Shown: positions 1 through 9,876 of the stretch, piece after piece
Layout: the number at the start of each line of letters is the position of its first letter
Position numbering within the stretch: the first letter of the stretch is position 1
IMG/VR virus record: IMGVR_UViG_638276483_000001
Span: 1-64,000 of that record
Source: a virus
Taxonomy: Duplodnaviria > Caudoviricetes
Reading direction: 5' to 3' (one strand)
DNA: 64,000 nt
Notes under the pieces: generated by a model
What the model was told of the DNA's origin: nothing
Database searches by the model: none
What the model saw: only the letters and a program-made list of their open reading frames with translations
Made by a program: the position numbers and the translations under genes

Positions 1-78
1 ATCCGCCACGAAAACATCCCTCCCCTGGAGTGGGGAGAGAGATTTTTTCCCTCCCCACGCAGACTTTTTATTAATAAA

Positions 79-894
79 TTGGGCCAAGGAGCACGGAATT
101 TGGCGGAAATTACATGCGAATTTTGCGGTAATTCATTTCCCCGGAAACCGGGGCGGGGCCGCCCCCCGAAATACTGCAGCGACTCCTGCCGAAACAAGGC
201 CTACTATCAGCCCGTTAAGCCCGAGTATGTTCAGTGCGGGGCCTGTGGCGACTTCTTTCAGCGCCCCAATGGGTGGAGAAAGTTCTGCACGGGCGACGCC
301 TGCCGTAAGGCGCGCGAGCGAGAGCGCTACCGCAGGCGCGACCAGCAGCGCGACTACAGCTACAAGAAACAAGCCAACTGCGACTCCTGTGGCGAGCTCA
401 CCTGGGGCAAGCCCGGCGACATCGTCATCTGCCATCCGTGCCGGCGCAAGAACGGCCCACCGGTCATGAGCCTGGAGGACCTCCGCCAGCTCCCGCCGGA
501 TAAGGGCGATGGACTCGGCTGGAGGCATCAAAGGGCCCTGCGCGCCCTCCGGGCGGCTCATGTGGACGGCAGCCCCTGCGACTGGTGCGGGCGCCCGATG
601 TGGCTGGACCCAGCCCGCAACTTCGACTACGACCCCGAATCCAGCGTCCGTGGGAATGGCGTCCTCCAGGGTGATCACGAGGTCTCCCGTGCCGACTGCC
701 TGAAAAAAGGCATTCCCGTCCCGCTGCCACACCGCCTGCTCCACGCGGCGTGCAACCGTCAGCGCGGCAGCGGCAGGAACGATCACCTCGCTTGGGCGGC
801 CCGCGAAAGCATCGAGGTCGTCACCGCGGATGGTGAGCCCGTCGCCGTGACCATCGAGATTGTCGACGGCCGGGTTATCGCCCGCATGTCTTAG
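79..894 (+). CDS. Zn-ribbon plus HNH-type endonuclease
   Basis: Multiple CxxC pairs; C-terminal CDWCG...GDH...H..CN HNH-like domain, paralogous to 3319..3690. Confidence 0.7.
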   Translation: MGQGARNLAEITCEFCGNSFPRKPGRGRPPKYCSDSCRNKAYYQPVKPEYVQCGACGDFFQRPNGWRKFCTGDACRKARERERYRRRDQQRDYSYKKQANCDSCGELTWGKPGDIVICHPCRRKNGPPVMSLEDLRQLPPDKGDGLGWRHQRALRALRAAHVDGSPCDWCGRPMWLDPARNFDYDPESSVRGNGVLQGDHEVSRADCLKKGIPVPLPHRLLHAACNRQRGSGRNDHLAWAARESIEVVTADGEPVAVTIEIVDGRVIARMS

Positions 895-984
895 CCCTTT
901 GACTCGCGGGGGCGTAGTACGCCGCGAATACTGACGCCTATCTGCGCAATGTGCGGCAGGGATATGCACATCCCATTGTAGGAG

Positions 985-1488
985 GTGCGCGTGGCAATCC
1001 GCTACGGACCGGACTGGGTTGAGAAGACTCTCCCCGCGGGGTTGTTTCAGAATGAGGTCTTCTATTACCGGACCTTCCCGTGGGCGACTCCGGAGCTCTT
1101 ATGGGTCGACGAGGCGCGCTTAGCCCTAGGGATTCGCCGTGGCGAGGTCCTGCGCAACTGCGAGTCTCCGCCGCTGTTGCAACTGGCACAACTGCTGGTT
1201 CGTCTCTCGGGGCTAGGCATACATCATCGCGATGTGCATATCGATAACGTTGTCGTTATCGCCGGGGAACCCAGGTTAATCGACTGGCAAACCGCCATAG
1301 CCACCAGTCCCGAGGCGCCTAGCTATGACCTTTATGGACCGAGCCCCGAGGTTCCGCCCGCCACGGAGTGTCCGTACTGGTGGGACTCACCCGACCCGTG
1401 GTCTATAGGAAAATTCTTCAATTCTGCTCTAGATCGATACGGGGAGGGCCCTTTTTTGGGCCTATTCGCTAGACCTTCTGCGGATTAA
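985..1488 (+). CDS. kinase-like (APH/Ser-Thr kinase fold) protein
   Basis: HHRDVHIDN catalytic loop and LIDW motif; AGGAGG RBS before GTG. Confidence 0.65.
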   Translation: MRVAIRYGPDWVEKTLPAGLFQNEVFYYRTFPWATPELLWVDEARLALGIRRGEVLRNCESPPLLQLAQLLVRLSGLGIHHRDVHIDNVVVIAGEPRLIDWQTAIATSPEAPSYDLYGPSPEVPPATECPYWWDSPDPWSIGKFFNSALDRYGEGPFLGLFARPSAD

Positions 1489-1525
1489 ACAGAAATCCGC
1501 GAAAAAACACGCAAAGGAAAGCTCA

Positions 1526-2170
1526 ATGGAGTTACTTGCGCATCAGAAATTAATTCACGAGACGATCGACAAATCCTCGATCTCAGCCTTCGCGGCACCC
1601 AGGCAGAACGGTAAAACGTACGCCGCCCTCGCCTATGCGCTGCAATACCCGGGCAGGGTGCTCTACTTTGGCCGGGGCTTCAGGGAGGCGGGGGAGGCCT
1701 TCGCCGCCGCCACCAAGCTTGGCGCGAACCGCGGGCCTGGCACCATCCTCAAGACCAATAAAAGCCAGCTCTCTATCGAGACGTCCCTGGGCGGGGACTT
1801 TGGCCGGGTGAACTTCATGCCCTACGGCCGCGGCTCTGGCCGGGGCATGGGGGCCGATCTGGTGATCCTCGACGATGCCCACGAAGTGGAGGCGGACGTG
1901 CTGGCGGAGATCAGCCCGTGCGTGTTCCGGACCAGTGGGAAGATCGCCGGCTTCGGGCTGCTACATGACCAGGGCCTCCTGGGACACCTGTTCAGGGTTG
2001 CCGACGGCAAGCGGGTGTGGCGCGGGGCGGAGATCGCCAGCGCCAACCCCGCACTTGGCCATCTCTTCACCCTGGAGCAGGTGGAGCGCGAGCGGGAGAT
2101 TCTTCCTGGCGAGATATTCCGGCGGGAGCGCCTGGGCCTGAATTCGAAGGGCTCCAGCGGAATCACCTAG
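1526..2170 (+). CDS. truncated terminase large-subunit-like ATPase
   Basis: Walker A APRQNGKT, GRG, Walker B LVILDDAH, ANPALG; no nuclease domain. Confidence 0.75.
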   Translation: MELLAHQKLIHETIDKSSISAFAAPRQNGKTYAALAYALQYPGRVLYFGRGFREAGEAFAAATKLGANRGPGTILKTNKSQLSIETSLGGDFGRVNFMPYGRGSGRGMGADLVILDDAHEVEADVLAEISPCVFRTSGKIAGFGLLHDQGLLGHLFRVADGKRVWRGAEIASANPALGHLFTLEQVEREREILPGEIFRRERLGLNSKGSSGIT

Positions 2171-2206
2171 TTTTCAGAACACGGTCAAATGATAGGGGAA
2201 CATCTA

Positions 2207-2710
2207 ATGACCGAAGTATCCACATTTAAGGGCGGCCGCGCCGTAGACATCGAAATCTACGAAGACCCGCCGATCGCAGAGAGAAGCGCCGAGTGGCGCC
2301 CTGTGATGCCGCGCCGCATCCGCATCAATGGCGTGGAGTGCCTCACCCCATTGAATAGTCCCGTCCGCGTCGAAGGGCTTCTAGACGTCGACGATGAGAG
2401 GCGCGCCCAGATGGCCACCGCCACCGTCACGGTGTTTGTGCGGTCACTTCATGCACAGAGCTTAGTGGACGGACCGTTGCCCGAGTATGTACCCATTGAC
2501 GGAAAAGTGAGCGCAGCGGATCTGGTGGTCTACGATGCCGCCGGCGGTGACTGGATTCCACTCAGGCCGTTCTTCGTGCGCTTCAACGGTGTGAACTGCC
2601 TGATCGCCGACGACATCAAGATTGAGGGCCTTGGCGGCAAAGAGGGCTGCCTCACCGCCACCATCCCGTTCTTGGTGCGCACGCTCAAGGTGCACGGAGG
2701 TCAGGAATGA
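2207..2710 (+). CDS. hypothetical protein with internal duplication
   Basis: RINGVECL...ATVTVFVRSL repeated as RFNGVNCL...ATIPFLVRTL; RBS before ATG 2207. Confidence 0.7.
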   Translation: MTEVSTFKGGRAVDIEIYEDPPIAERSAEWRPVMPRRIRINGVECLTPLNSPVRVEGLLDVDDERRAQMATATVTVFVRSLHAQSLVDGPLPEYVPIDGKVSAADLVVYDAAGGDWIPLRPFFVRFNGVNCLIADDIKIEGLGGKEGCLTATIPFLVRTLKVHGGQE

Positions 2711-2970
2711 CTTACGAGAACCTCGATTGCGCCTGCAGGGCCCCGTGCCCAATCCATAGCGGAGGCTTTGGCGACGTCACCTGGGTCAACAGCTGGGCCT
2801 ACAGCTCCAGGCGGCGCGTGCGCAAGCATTTGGGCAAATGGGTGGTGCTGAACCACCCCGCCGGCAACTGCGCATTCCTCACGTGGGATGAGGCCATAAG
2901 GTACGCCAGTATCCGATACGTCATGCGGAACGACGGGGTTCTGCTCATCGCCGCCGGGGGTGGCGCGTGA
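2707..2970 (+). CDS. hypothetical protein
   Basis: ATGA overlap with upstream gene. Confidence 0.6.
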   Translation: MTYENLDCACRAPCPIHSGGFGDVTWVNSWAYSSRRRVRKHLGKWVVLNHPAGNCAFLTWDEAIRYASIRYVMRNDGVLLIAAGGGA

Positions 2971-3341
2971 TCGCCCGCTTCCGCAGATGGCTCCGTGGCC
3001 CGCTGCCGCCGCTCGAGGATGTTCTCCTCAAGGCGTGCTGGGAGCGGCTCACGAACGACACCATCACGACATATGAGTGGCCGGACCTGCACGGCAGCAT
3101 CCTTGGCGAGGTCCCCACCATATTCCCTGGCGCGGAGTTGTACTTTGCCCCGCGACTCGGCGTTGACTACACCGCCCCCTGGGTGGTTGAGAACCCCTTC
3201 GAAGACACCTCCCGTTGGACGCTCATGGGGGATGTGATGAAGCGGCGCCTCCAGCCCATGTCGGAGTTCCTCAAAGACGTTCTCGAGGATGCCGACCTAA
3301 CCCTCACCTTCAGGCGCTATGGCGAGCAAGAAGACCACTGA
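2967..3341 (+). CDS. hypothetical protein
   Basis: GTGA overlap with upstream gene. Confidence 0.6.
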   Translation: MIARFRRWLRGPLPPLEDVLLKACWERLTNDTITTYEWPDLHGSILGEVPTIFPGAELYFAPRLGVDYTAPWVVENPFEDTSRWTLMGDVMKRRLQPMSEFLKDVLEDADLTLTFRRYGEQEDH

Positions 3342-3690
3342 AAGAGGCCTCGGCTGGCACCATCAGCAAGCCGCCGACCAGCTCAAGAAGAAGCACAAAG
3401 ACGGCTCACCGTGCGATTGGTGTGGTCGGCCGATGTGGCTGGACCCAGTGATGAACTGGGACTACAACCCGGACCCTGACGCCCCGAAAAGGGGTAACGG
3501 GGTACTCCAGGCCGACCACTCCAAGCAGTCCCGTGCCGAGGCGTTGAGAAAAGGCGAGAAGGTTTTGCCGCCCGATCGCCTTTTGCATGCCGCCTGCAAC
3601 CAGCAGCGCGGGGAAGGCCACAACGATCATTTGGCGGCCAACGGAAGGGTCGCAGAAACCCTGGCCATGCCGTGGCCTTGGAAAGTCTGA
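3319..3690 (+). CDS. HNH endonuclease (terminase-associated)
   Basis: RGLGWHHQ...CDWCG...ADH...LLHAACNQQRG, upstream of terminase. Confidence 0.8.
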   Translation: MASKKTTERGLGWHHQQAADQLKKKHKDGSPCDWCGRPMWLDPVMNWDYNPDPDAPKRGNGVLQADHSKQSRAEALRKGEKVLPPDRLLHAACNQQRGEGHNDHLAANGRVAETLAMPWPWKV

Positions 3691-3748
3691 CGTTCAGTTT
3701 TATTGAACGCGCATAAATAGTGAACATGCCATCGAAAGGAAAAAAGAA

Positions 3749-3910
3749 ATGGCAGTCAAAGTTGATACTCGCGACGGATACCCCGTCACCTATGACAATG
3801 GGCTCGCCACCGAGGTTGGCGATCACGGGGATCTTGTCGTGATCGCCTCCGGCAATAGGGTGGTGGGCCGCGTGCACGCCGCCGTCTGGACGGCGGTTCA
3901 CTACTCGTGA
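3749..3910 (+). CDS. small hypothetical protein (53 aa)
   Basis: AAGGA RBS, MAVKVDTRDG..., overlaps next GTG. Confidence 0.55.
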   Translation: MAVKVDTRDGYPVTYDNGLATEVGDHGDLVVIASGNRVVGRVHAAVWTAVHYS

Positions 3911-4065
3911 CCGAGAACTTCCTCGACGGACTCATCGAGACGATGCGCGCCTACGCCGCGGAGTTGTGGGGCCACCTCTCGGACGATCTGTTCGACCCCT
4001 CGGAATGGTTCGGCGCAGGTCAAGACCAACTTTTCGACAATTCCGAAGAGTTCGAGGAGTAACCA

Positions 4066-4455
4066 ATGGCCCTAACCGAGGGCCTCGGCGCCCGCGGCGC
4101 TGAGGTCTATCAAGCTCTCACTGAAAACCGGAAGATGAACGCCGCCCAGAAGGTGATGGCGTTGAATGCCGCGCGCCTCGCCGACACCCTGGACCGCATC
4201 GAATCGGAACTCGCCTTCGCAAGTACCACGGTGATAAACAGCCAGGGCACCGAGACCATCAACCCTCTCATTTCTGAGGCGCGGATGCTTACAGGAGCGC
4301 TCTGCACAATTCTCGCCAAGATGGGCATTGCCGAATTGCCGGAGCAAAGCTCCGGAGAGAAGTCTGTCTTTGACCAGCTTGCTGCTAGACGAGCCGAGCG
4401 GCTCGCCCCTAATGGGGGTTCAGGAGCCGCGGATATGGCTAAGCCCGGAAGCTAA
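4066..4455 (+). CDS. terminase small subunit
   Basis: Position; INPLISEAR and DQLAARRAER motifs typical of actinophage TerS. Confidence 0.8.
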   Translation: MALTEGLGARGAEVYQALTENRKMNAAQKVMALNAARLADTLDRIESELAFASTTVINSQGTETINPLISEARMLTGALCTILAKMGIAELPEQSSGEKSVFDQLAARRAERLAPNGGSGAADMAKPGS

Positions 4456-6964
4456 ATCCTCTGCCGGGCAGGAAGCGATTGACCTGGCCGCCGCGTGCGG
4501 CCTCATTCTCGACCCGTGGCAGGAATTGTGCCTGCACGAGGCTCTCAAAGAGAGCGAAGAACTCGTTCAGCTGGAGTCCGGCGCCTGGGTGAAGAAGTGG
4601 GCGGCCTCCTCCTTCGGCCTGGTGGTGTCCCGCCAGAACGGCAAGGGATCGATCCTGGAGGCCCTGGAGTTGGCCGGCCTGATCCTTTTCGGGGAGCGGC
4701 TGATCATTCACTCCGCTCACGAGTTCAAGGCTCTGGCGATCGATACGCCGATCCTTTCCGAGCGCGGGTGGACCACCATGGGCGATTTGGTCGATGGCGA
4801 TCGCGTTTATGGGCCCGACGGCCAACTAACGAATGTCATCGCCCACCCGATTCGCTACGAACGCCCCTGCTACCGGCTGACGTTTGACGACGGGCAAACC
4901 ATTGTCGCCGACGAGGATCACCTTTGGACGGTTTACGACGCCGTGAAGCGGGAGCACCGCACCCTGACGGTGCGCGAACTCGTCGACGGTGGGGTCTTCA
5001 CCACCCGCCGCAATGCGGGCCGGGCCGATTCGAACATCTACCGCTACCGCGTGCCCGTTACCGAGCCCCTCGCTGGCGTCGAAGCGGACCTTCCGGTCGA
5101 CCCGTACCTGCTCGGCTACTGGCTGGGCGACGGCGACACCAATGCGGGGCGCTTCACGGTTGGCGAAGAAGACCTGGAGGCCTTCAAACTCACCCTCGAG
5201 TCGCTCGGATACGAGTACAGCGACAGCGTGGACCCGCGGACCGGTGCCCACACCATTTGCGCGTACGGATTTATCCAGGGGCTTCGCGAGGCCGGGGTTG
5301 TCGGGAATAAGCACATCCCCGAGACGTACCTAACCGCTTCGATGGAGCAGCGTCGCGCCCTCCTCGCCGGGATCATGGACTCCGACGGCGGCGTCACGGG
5401 CCACCAGATCAGTGTCACCATGAAGAACGAGGCGCTGATGCGCCAGGTCCTGATGCTAGCCCGCTCGCTGGGGTACAAGTCCTTCTTCACGTCGCATTTG
5501 TCGATGCTGAACGGCGAGCATAAGGCCCGCGTCTACCGGGTGAAGTTCGCCAATCGACAGGAGCTCAATCCGTTCCGTTTGCCGCGAAAGGCAGCGAAGG
5601 TGCTGCCGCCCCTCGGCCGCGTCACCCGGGCCCAGTACAACGCCATCGTCTCGATTGAGCCGGTGGAATCTGTCCCGACGCGGTGCATCACGGTCGACAA
5701 CGACTCCAGGCTCTACGTGGTGGGTCACGGGTTCGTCCCGACCCATAACACCGCCGTCAACGGCATGGAGCGCTTGGAATCCCTGATCGCCAAGTCGGGG
5801 CTGAAGTACAAGGCCAAGCAGGCGCACGGCGCGGAGAGCATCGAGATCCTCGACGGGCCCAACCCGGGCGCGAGGGTGATGTTCCAGACCCGTACCGACC
5901 GGTCCGGCCTGGGTTTGACCGCCGACCGCGTCATCTTCGACGAGGCGATGACCATCACCCCCGGGTCGCTGAAAGCTCTTCTGCCGACCGTTTCGTCTCG
6001 ACCCAACCCACAGATCGTTTACACCGGGACGGCGGCCGACCAGCGCACACAGCCCTACTGCCACACCTTCGGCGGCGTCCGCTACCGCGCGCTGGAGCAA
6101 CTCCGCACGGGCGAGCGTAAGCGCCTCTGCTTCCTCGAATGGTCGGCCCCCGATGACCTGCCGGAGGAGAAGTTCGGCGATCCCCAGTACTGGGCGATGG
6201 CCAACCCCGGCCTGGGTTATCGCCAGACCGAGGAGAAGATCCTCGACGAGTACGAGGAGATGTGGGCCAACCTCCGCGACTTCGGGGTGGACCGCCTCGG
6301 CATCGGTGACTGGCCGCAGTTCGGCGCTGAAATGTCGGAGATCCCACTCGACAAGTGGCGGCGACTGAACAACCCCAGCCCAGACCTCGCCGGCGCTCGC
6401 GCCCTGATCCTCTACCGCACGCCCGAGGGCGGGCCGTGGGCGATCGTGGGCTCCCAGCGCTGCACCGACGGCCGCATCCACGTGGAGGTCGGTTACGCCG
6501 GCACGGACCCCGTGGACCGCGTGGTCGACAAGTTCATCCAGGCCATCACCGCCTGGGGCCCCGAAGAGATCCTGGTGGGCCGCGGCGGCGCGGCTGAGGT
6601 GATCCCTCAGATCGAGGCCGCCGGGTTCACGGTCTACAGCCCGAACCAGTCCGAAGAGGCCCAGGCCTGCGGCGGCTTCCTGAACGACGCGCTCGTCGAC
6701 CCGGAAAACCCGCTGCTGTCCCACGGCGATCAGCATTCCCTGAACGCTGCCATCACCCGCGCTGTCAAGCGAGACCTCCCCAGCGGTGGTTTCGTCTGGG
6801 ACTGCATTGAACCAAGCACCTACGCCCAGCTCATGGGCGTCACATTGGGCCGCTGGGCGCTGCTGAAGCACGCCATCAACGCCAAGCCCACGCCCGCTAT
6901 CCACGACTGGCCCGATCAACAAGAGATCGACAGCTGGATACAAGAACTCTACGAGGAGGCTTGA
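4328..6964 (+). CDS. terminase large subunit with intein (start may be 4412)
   Basis: VSRQNGKG Walker A, VIFDEA Walker B, ANPGLG; interrupted in frame by an intein. Confidence 0.95.
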   Translation: MPNCRSKAPERSLSLTSLLLDEPSGSPLMGVQEPRIWLSPEAKSSAGQEAIDLAAACGLILDPWQELCLHEALKESEELVQLESGAWVKKWAASSFGLVVSRQNGKGSILEALELAGLILFGERLIIHSAHEFKALAIDTPILSERGWTTMGDLVDGDRVYGPDGQLTNVIAHPIRYERPCYRLTFDDGQTIVADEDHLWTVYDAVKREHRTLTVRELVDGGVFTTRRNAGRADSNIYRYRVPVTEPLAGVEADLPVDPYLLGYWLGDGDTNAGRFTVGEEDLEAFKLTLESLGYEYSDSVDPRTGAHTICAYGFIQGLREAGVVGNKHIPETYLTASMEQRRALLAGIMDSDGGVTGHQISVTMKNEALMRQVLMLARSLGYKSFFTSHLSMLNGEHKARVYRVKFANRQELNPFRLPRKAAKVLPPLGRVTRAQYNAIVSIEPVESVPTRCITVDNDSRLYVVGHGFVPTHNTAVNGMERLESLIAKSGLKYKAKQAHGAESIEILDGPNPGARVMFQTRTDRSGLGLTADRVIFDEAMTITPGSLKALLPTVSSRPNPQIVYTGTAADQRTQPYCHTFGGVRYRALEQLRTGERKRLCFLEWSAPDDLPEEKFGDPQYWAMANPGLGYRQTEEKILDEYEEMWANLRDFGVDRLGIGDWPQFGAEMSEIPLDKWRRLNNPSPDLAGARALILYRTPEGGPWAIVGSQRCTDGRIHVEVGYAGTDPVDRVVDKFIQAITAWGPEEILVGRGGAAEVIPQIEAAGFTVYSPNQSEEAQACGGFLNDALVDPENPLLSHGDQHSLNAAITRAVKRDLPSGGFVWDCIEPSTYAQLMGVTLGRWALLKHAINAKPTPAIHDWPDQQEIDSWIQELYEEA
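4730..5749 (+). mobile_element. class 3 intein with LAGLIDADG homing endonuclease (340 aa)
   Basis: HEFK|ALAIDTPI...DEDHLW...TRCITVD...VPTHN|TAV; Ala1, Trp/Cys/Thr triad; LGYWLGDG and LAGIMDSDG. Confidence 0.92.
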
Positions 6965-7161
6965 GATTGTCTGAACCTTCTCGGCGGATCGACATTCAGC
7001 CCATTGTCTCCGGCCTTTTGCAATTGTCGGGCCTCGGCATGGTGATCGGCGGGGTGTATCTCCTTTTTCCGGTTGCCGCGCTGATCCTCGCTGGCGTCGC
7101 CGTCTTTGCAATGGGCTGGGCAATTGATCCGCCGAACCGTCAGAAGGGCGTTAAGCAATGA
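6961..7161 (+). CDS. small membrane protein
   Basis: Two hydrophobic segments; overlaps terminase and portal. Confidence 0.7.
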   Translation: MRLSEPSRRIDIQPIVSGLLQLSGLGMVIGGVYLLFPVAALILAGVAVFAMGWAIDPPNRQKGVKQ

Positions 7162-8387
7162 GCCTCTTCACCCGCATCTTCTCCGGGCCCAGCGAAGAGC
7201 GCACCCTTACCAAAATCTCCGGCATTCCGAGTCCTGCCGAGGACTGGGCCATGCACGGCGATCGCCCGGGGGCCAATAGCGCCATGACGCTCGGCGCGTT
7301 CTACGCCTGCGTCACCCTTCTCGCCGACACCGTCGCCTCGCTGAGTATCGACGCCTACCGCAAGAAGGACAACGTCCGCATTCCAGTCTCGCCGGCGCCC
7401 AAACTTCTCGAGTCCACTCCTTATCCGGGGCTGACCTGGTTCGACTGGTTGTGGATGCTGATGGAATCTCTCGCGGTTACGGGCAATGCCTTCGGCTACA
7501 TCAGTGCCCGCGACGAGGCGAACCGGCCGACGGCGATCATGCCGATCCACCCGGACTGCATCCACGTCACCGACGCCAAGGATGAGGACGGCGACTGGAT
7601 CGAGCCGGTCTACCGCATCGACGGCAAGGTCGTCCCCAACCACCGAATCATGCATATCAAGCGGTACCCCGTCGCGGGGTGCGCCTTGGGCATGTCGCCG
7701 ATCGAGAAGGCGGCTTCGGCCATCGGCCTGGGGCTGGCGGCCGAACGCTATGGCCTGCGGTGGTTCCGCGACTCGGCGAACCCGAGCGGAATCTTGTCGA
7801 GCGACGCGGACCTCACTCCTGACCAGGTCAAGCAGACGCAAAAACAGTGGATTCAAAGCCACCACAATCGACGCCTCCCCGCGGTGATGTCGGCTGGCAT
7901 CAAATGGCAGTCCGTCTCGATCACCCCGAACGAGTCGCAATTCCTCGAAACCCGCTCTTTTCAGCGGTCTGAGATTGCGATGTGGTTCCGCATTCCGCCG
8001 CACATGATCGGCGATGTCGAGAAGTCCACCTCATGGGGGACGGGCATTGAAGAACAGGGCATCAACTTCGTGCGCCACACGCTGCTTCCATGGCTGCGAT
8101 GCATTGAGCAGGCATTGGACACCTTCTTACCGCGTGGCCAGTTTGTCAAGTTCAACGTTGATGGCCTGATGCGTGGCGATGTCACGGCCCGTTTCACCGC
8201 CTACCAGATGGGGCTTCAGAACGGCATTTGGTCGGTCAATGAAGTCCGCGCGTGGGAAGACGCGCCACCAATCCCCGAGGGCGATATTCACCTGCAGCCC
8301 ATGAACTTTGTGCCCCTTGGCTATGTGCCGCCGGAAGAACCGGCGCAAGAACCCCAGCCGAACTCGGCGACGGAAGGAAACAAATGA
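7158..8387 (+). CDS. portal protein (HK97 family)
   Basis: GNAF, GMSPI, QFLETR, FRIPPHMIG, NEVRAWED motifs. Confidence 0.95.
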   Translation: MSLFTRIFSGPSEERTLTKISGIPSPAEDWAMHGDRPGANSAMTLGAFYACVTLLADTVASLSIDAYRKKDNVRIPVSPAPKLLESTPYPGLTWFDWLWMLMESLAVTGNAFGYISARDEANRPTAIMPIHPDCIHVTDAKDEDGDWIEPVYRIDGKVVPNHRIMHIKRYPVAGCALGMSPIEKAASAIGLGLAAERYGLRWFRDSANPSGILSSDADLTPDQVKQTQKQWIQSHHNRRLPAVMSAGIKWQSVSITPNESQFLETRSFQRSEIAMWFRIPPHMIGDVEKSTSWGTGIEEQGINFVRHTLLPWLRCIEQALDTFLPRGQFVKFNVDGLMRGDVTARFTAYQMGLQNGIWSVNEVRAWEDAPPIPEGDIHLQPMNFVPLGYVPPEEPAQEPQPNSATEGNK

Positions 8388-9655
8388 CTCTAACCCGCCG
8401 AGTGCGGCCGGTTGACGTCACGGATCACCCCGAACACCGGTCGATCCCCATGGACCGCATGGAGGTCCGTGAAGACAGTGATGAAAACACTCTCGTCCTT
8501 GAGGGCTACGCCTCCACTTTCGAACAGTACGAAATGTACGGCGGCCCCGCGAACGGTTACGGCTGGATCGAACAGCTGGATCGCCGTGCCTTCGAGAAGA
8601 CTCTCCGCGAAAAGCCCGACCTGCATCTTCTGGTGAACCACGCGGGCACCCCGCTGGCCCGCACCAAGTCCGGCACCTTGGACCTTTCGGTCGACGACAA
8701 GGGCCTGAAGGTCGTGGCCCGCCTCGACAAACGCGACCCCGACGTCCAGTCTCTCGCGGTCAAGATGGAGCGCGGCGACATGGACGAAATGTCCTTCGCG
8801 TTCCGCGTGAAGGCGCAGAAGTGGGAAGCCACCGACGAGTTCCCCGAGGACGATCAGGCGCTGCGCACGATCACTGAGGTGTCCCTGCACAAGGGCGACG
8901 TTTCTGTCGTGAACTTCGGCGCCAACCCGACCACCAGCGTCGGCCTGCGCTCCCTTCCGGAGGCTCTGCGGTTCCTTGCGGAAGCTGACGAAGAGGAACT
9001 CGCGGAGGTCCGTTCGGACGAGGATCTCGTCAAGCGCGCCATCGAGAAGCTTGGCGGCAAGGGGTCGGTTCACATCGAGCATATCCACGTCGCCGACGGC
9101 AAGGCCGGAGAGGCTCGTGAAGAGCCCGAGGAAAGCGCCGCGGAAGAGCGCGAAGAGTCCGAAGAAGTCCTCGTCGGCATTCGCTTCGAGGGGCGCGACC
9201 GCTGCTCCGTATTCCATCGAGCGAAGCGCAGCGGTGATGACTGCTATGAGGTTATCGTCAGCAAACTCGATATCTCGCGCGAGGTAGAGACCTACACAGA
9301 AGCCGAGCGATGGTTCCGCGAGACCGGCCCCGAGGGCATGCGCAAGGTTGACTTCCTCCAGCGCGAGGCGGATCTCCGCTTCAAGAAGGAGCAGGCCGCC
9401 AAGGCTCTTGCCGACATTGTCGCCGCAGAAGAGTCGAGCGAAGAAGACCTCCGGGCGGCAACCGAGGCCTACACCGCGGCGTGCGTGGCCTTCGACGAGA
9501 TCGGCGCGAAACGTGAGGACGCTGCGGAAGCCGAAGAGTCTGACGACGCCGAAGGCGGCATCAGCCTTCGCGAGGCTCTCGCCGAAATGGGCGTCGACCC
9601 CGAGGCCGACGAACTGACCGTCGCCGAAGTCGAAGCACTCCTCGGCAACGAATAA
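8384..9655 (+). CDS. capsid maturation protease with acidic C-terminal extension
   Basis: LEGYASTF, LVNH, MSFAF, DVSVVNFGANP. Confidence 0.9.
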   Translation: MTLTRRVRPVDVTDHPEHRSIPMDRMEVREDSDENTLVLEGYASTFEQYEMYGGPANGYGWIEQLDRRAFEKTLREKPDLHLLVNHAGTPLARTKSGTLDLSVDDKGLKVVARLDKRDPDVQSLAVKMERGDMDEMSFAFRVKAQKWEATDEFPEDDQALRTITEVSLHKGDVSVVNFGANPTTSVGLRSLPEALRFLAEADEEELAEVRSDEDLVKRAIEKLGGKGSVHIEHIHVADGKAGEAREEPEESAAEEREESEEVLVGIRFEGRDRCSVFHRAKRSGDDCYEVIVSKLDISREVETYTEAERWFRETGPEGMRKVDFLQREADLRFKKEQAAKALADIVAAEESSEEDLRAATEAYTAACVAFDEIGAKREDAAEAEESDDAEGGISLREALAEMGVDPEADELTVAEVEALLGNE

Positions 9656-9876
9656 ACCTATCCCGATAAACGACCCGGCCCTCCCTCGATAAGAGCGACA
9701 TCCGGGCGGGCCCGCGGACGTAGCTACGGCAGCCGCGGGTTTTTCGGGATCTCATGCCCCCTGGCACTGGGGGTTTCTTCAAAGTCGCCTATCTGGCGCA
9801 ACGCCCTGGCACTGGGCGGATCAATTAGTGCCCAAATTCTTTGGGCAATTCCCTCAAGAAAGGGGTGACCTTCTCC

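Noticed and set aside
5456-7123. Long antisense and alternate-frame ORFs (also 9724..11121, 22366..23727, 27409..29112, 40748..42514)
   Set aside because: Shadow ORFs caused by high GC3 in well-supported genes; no motifs or RBS.
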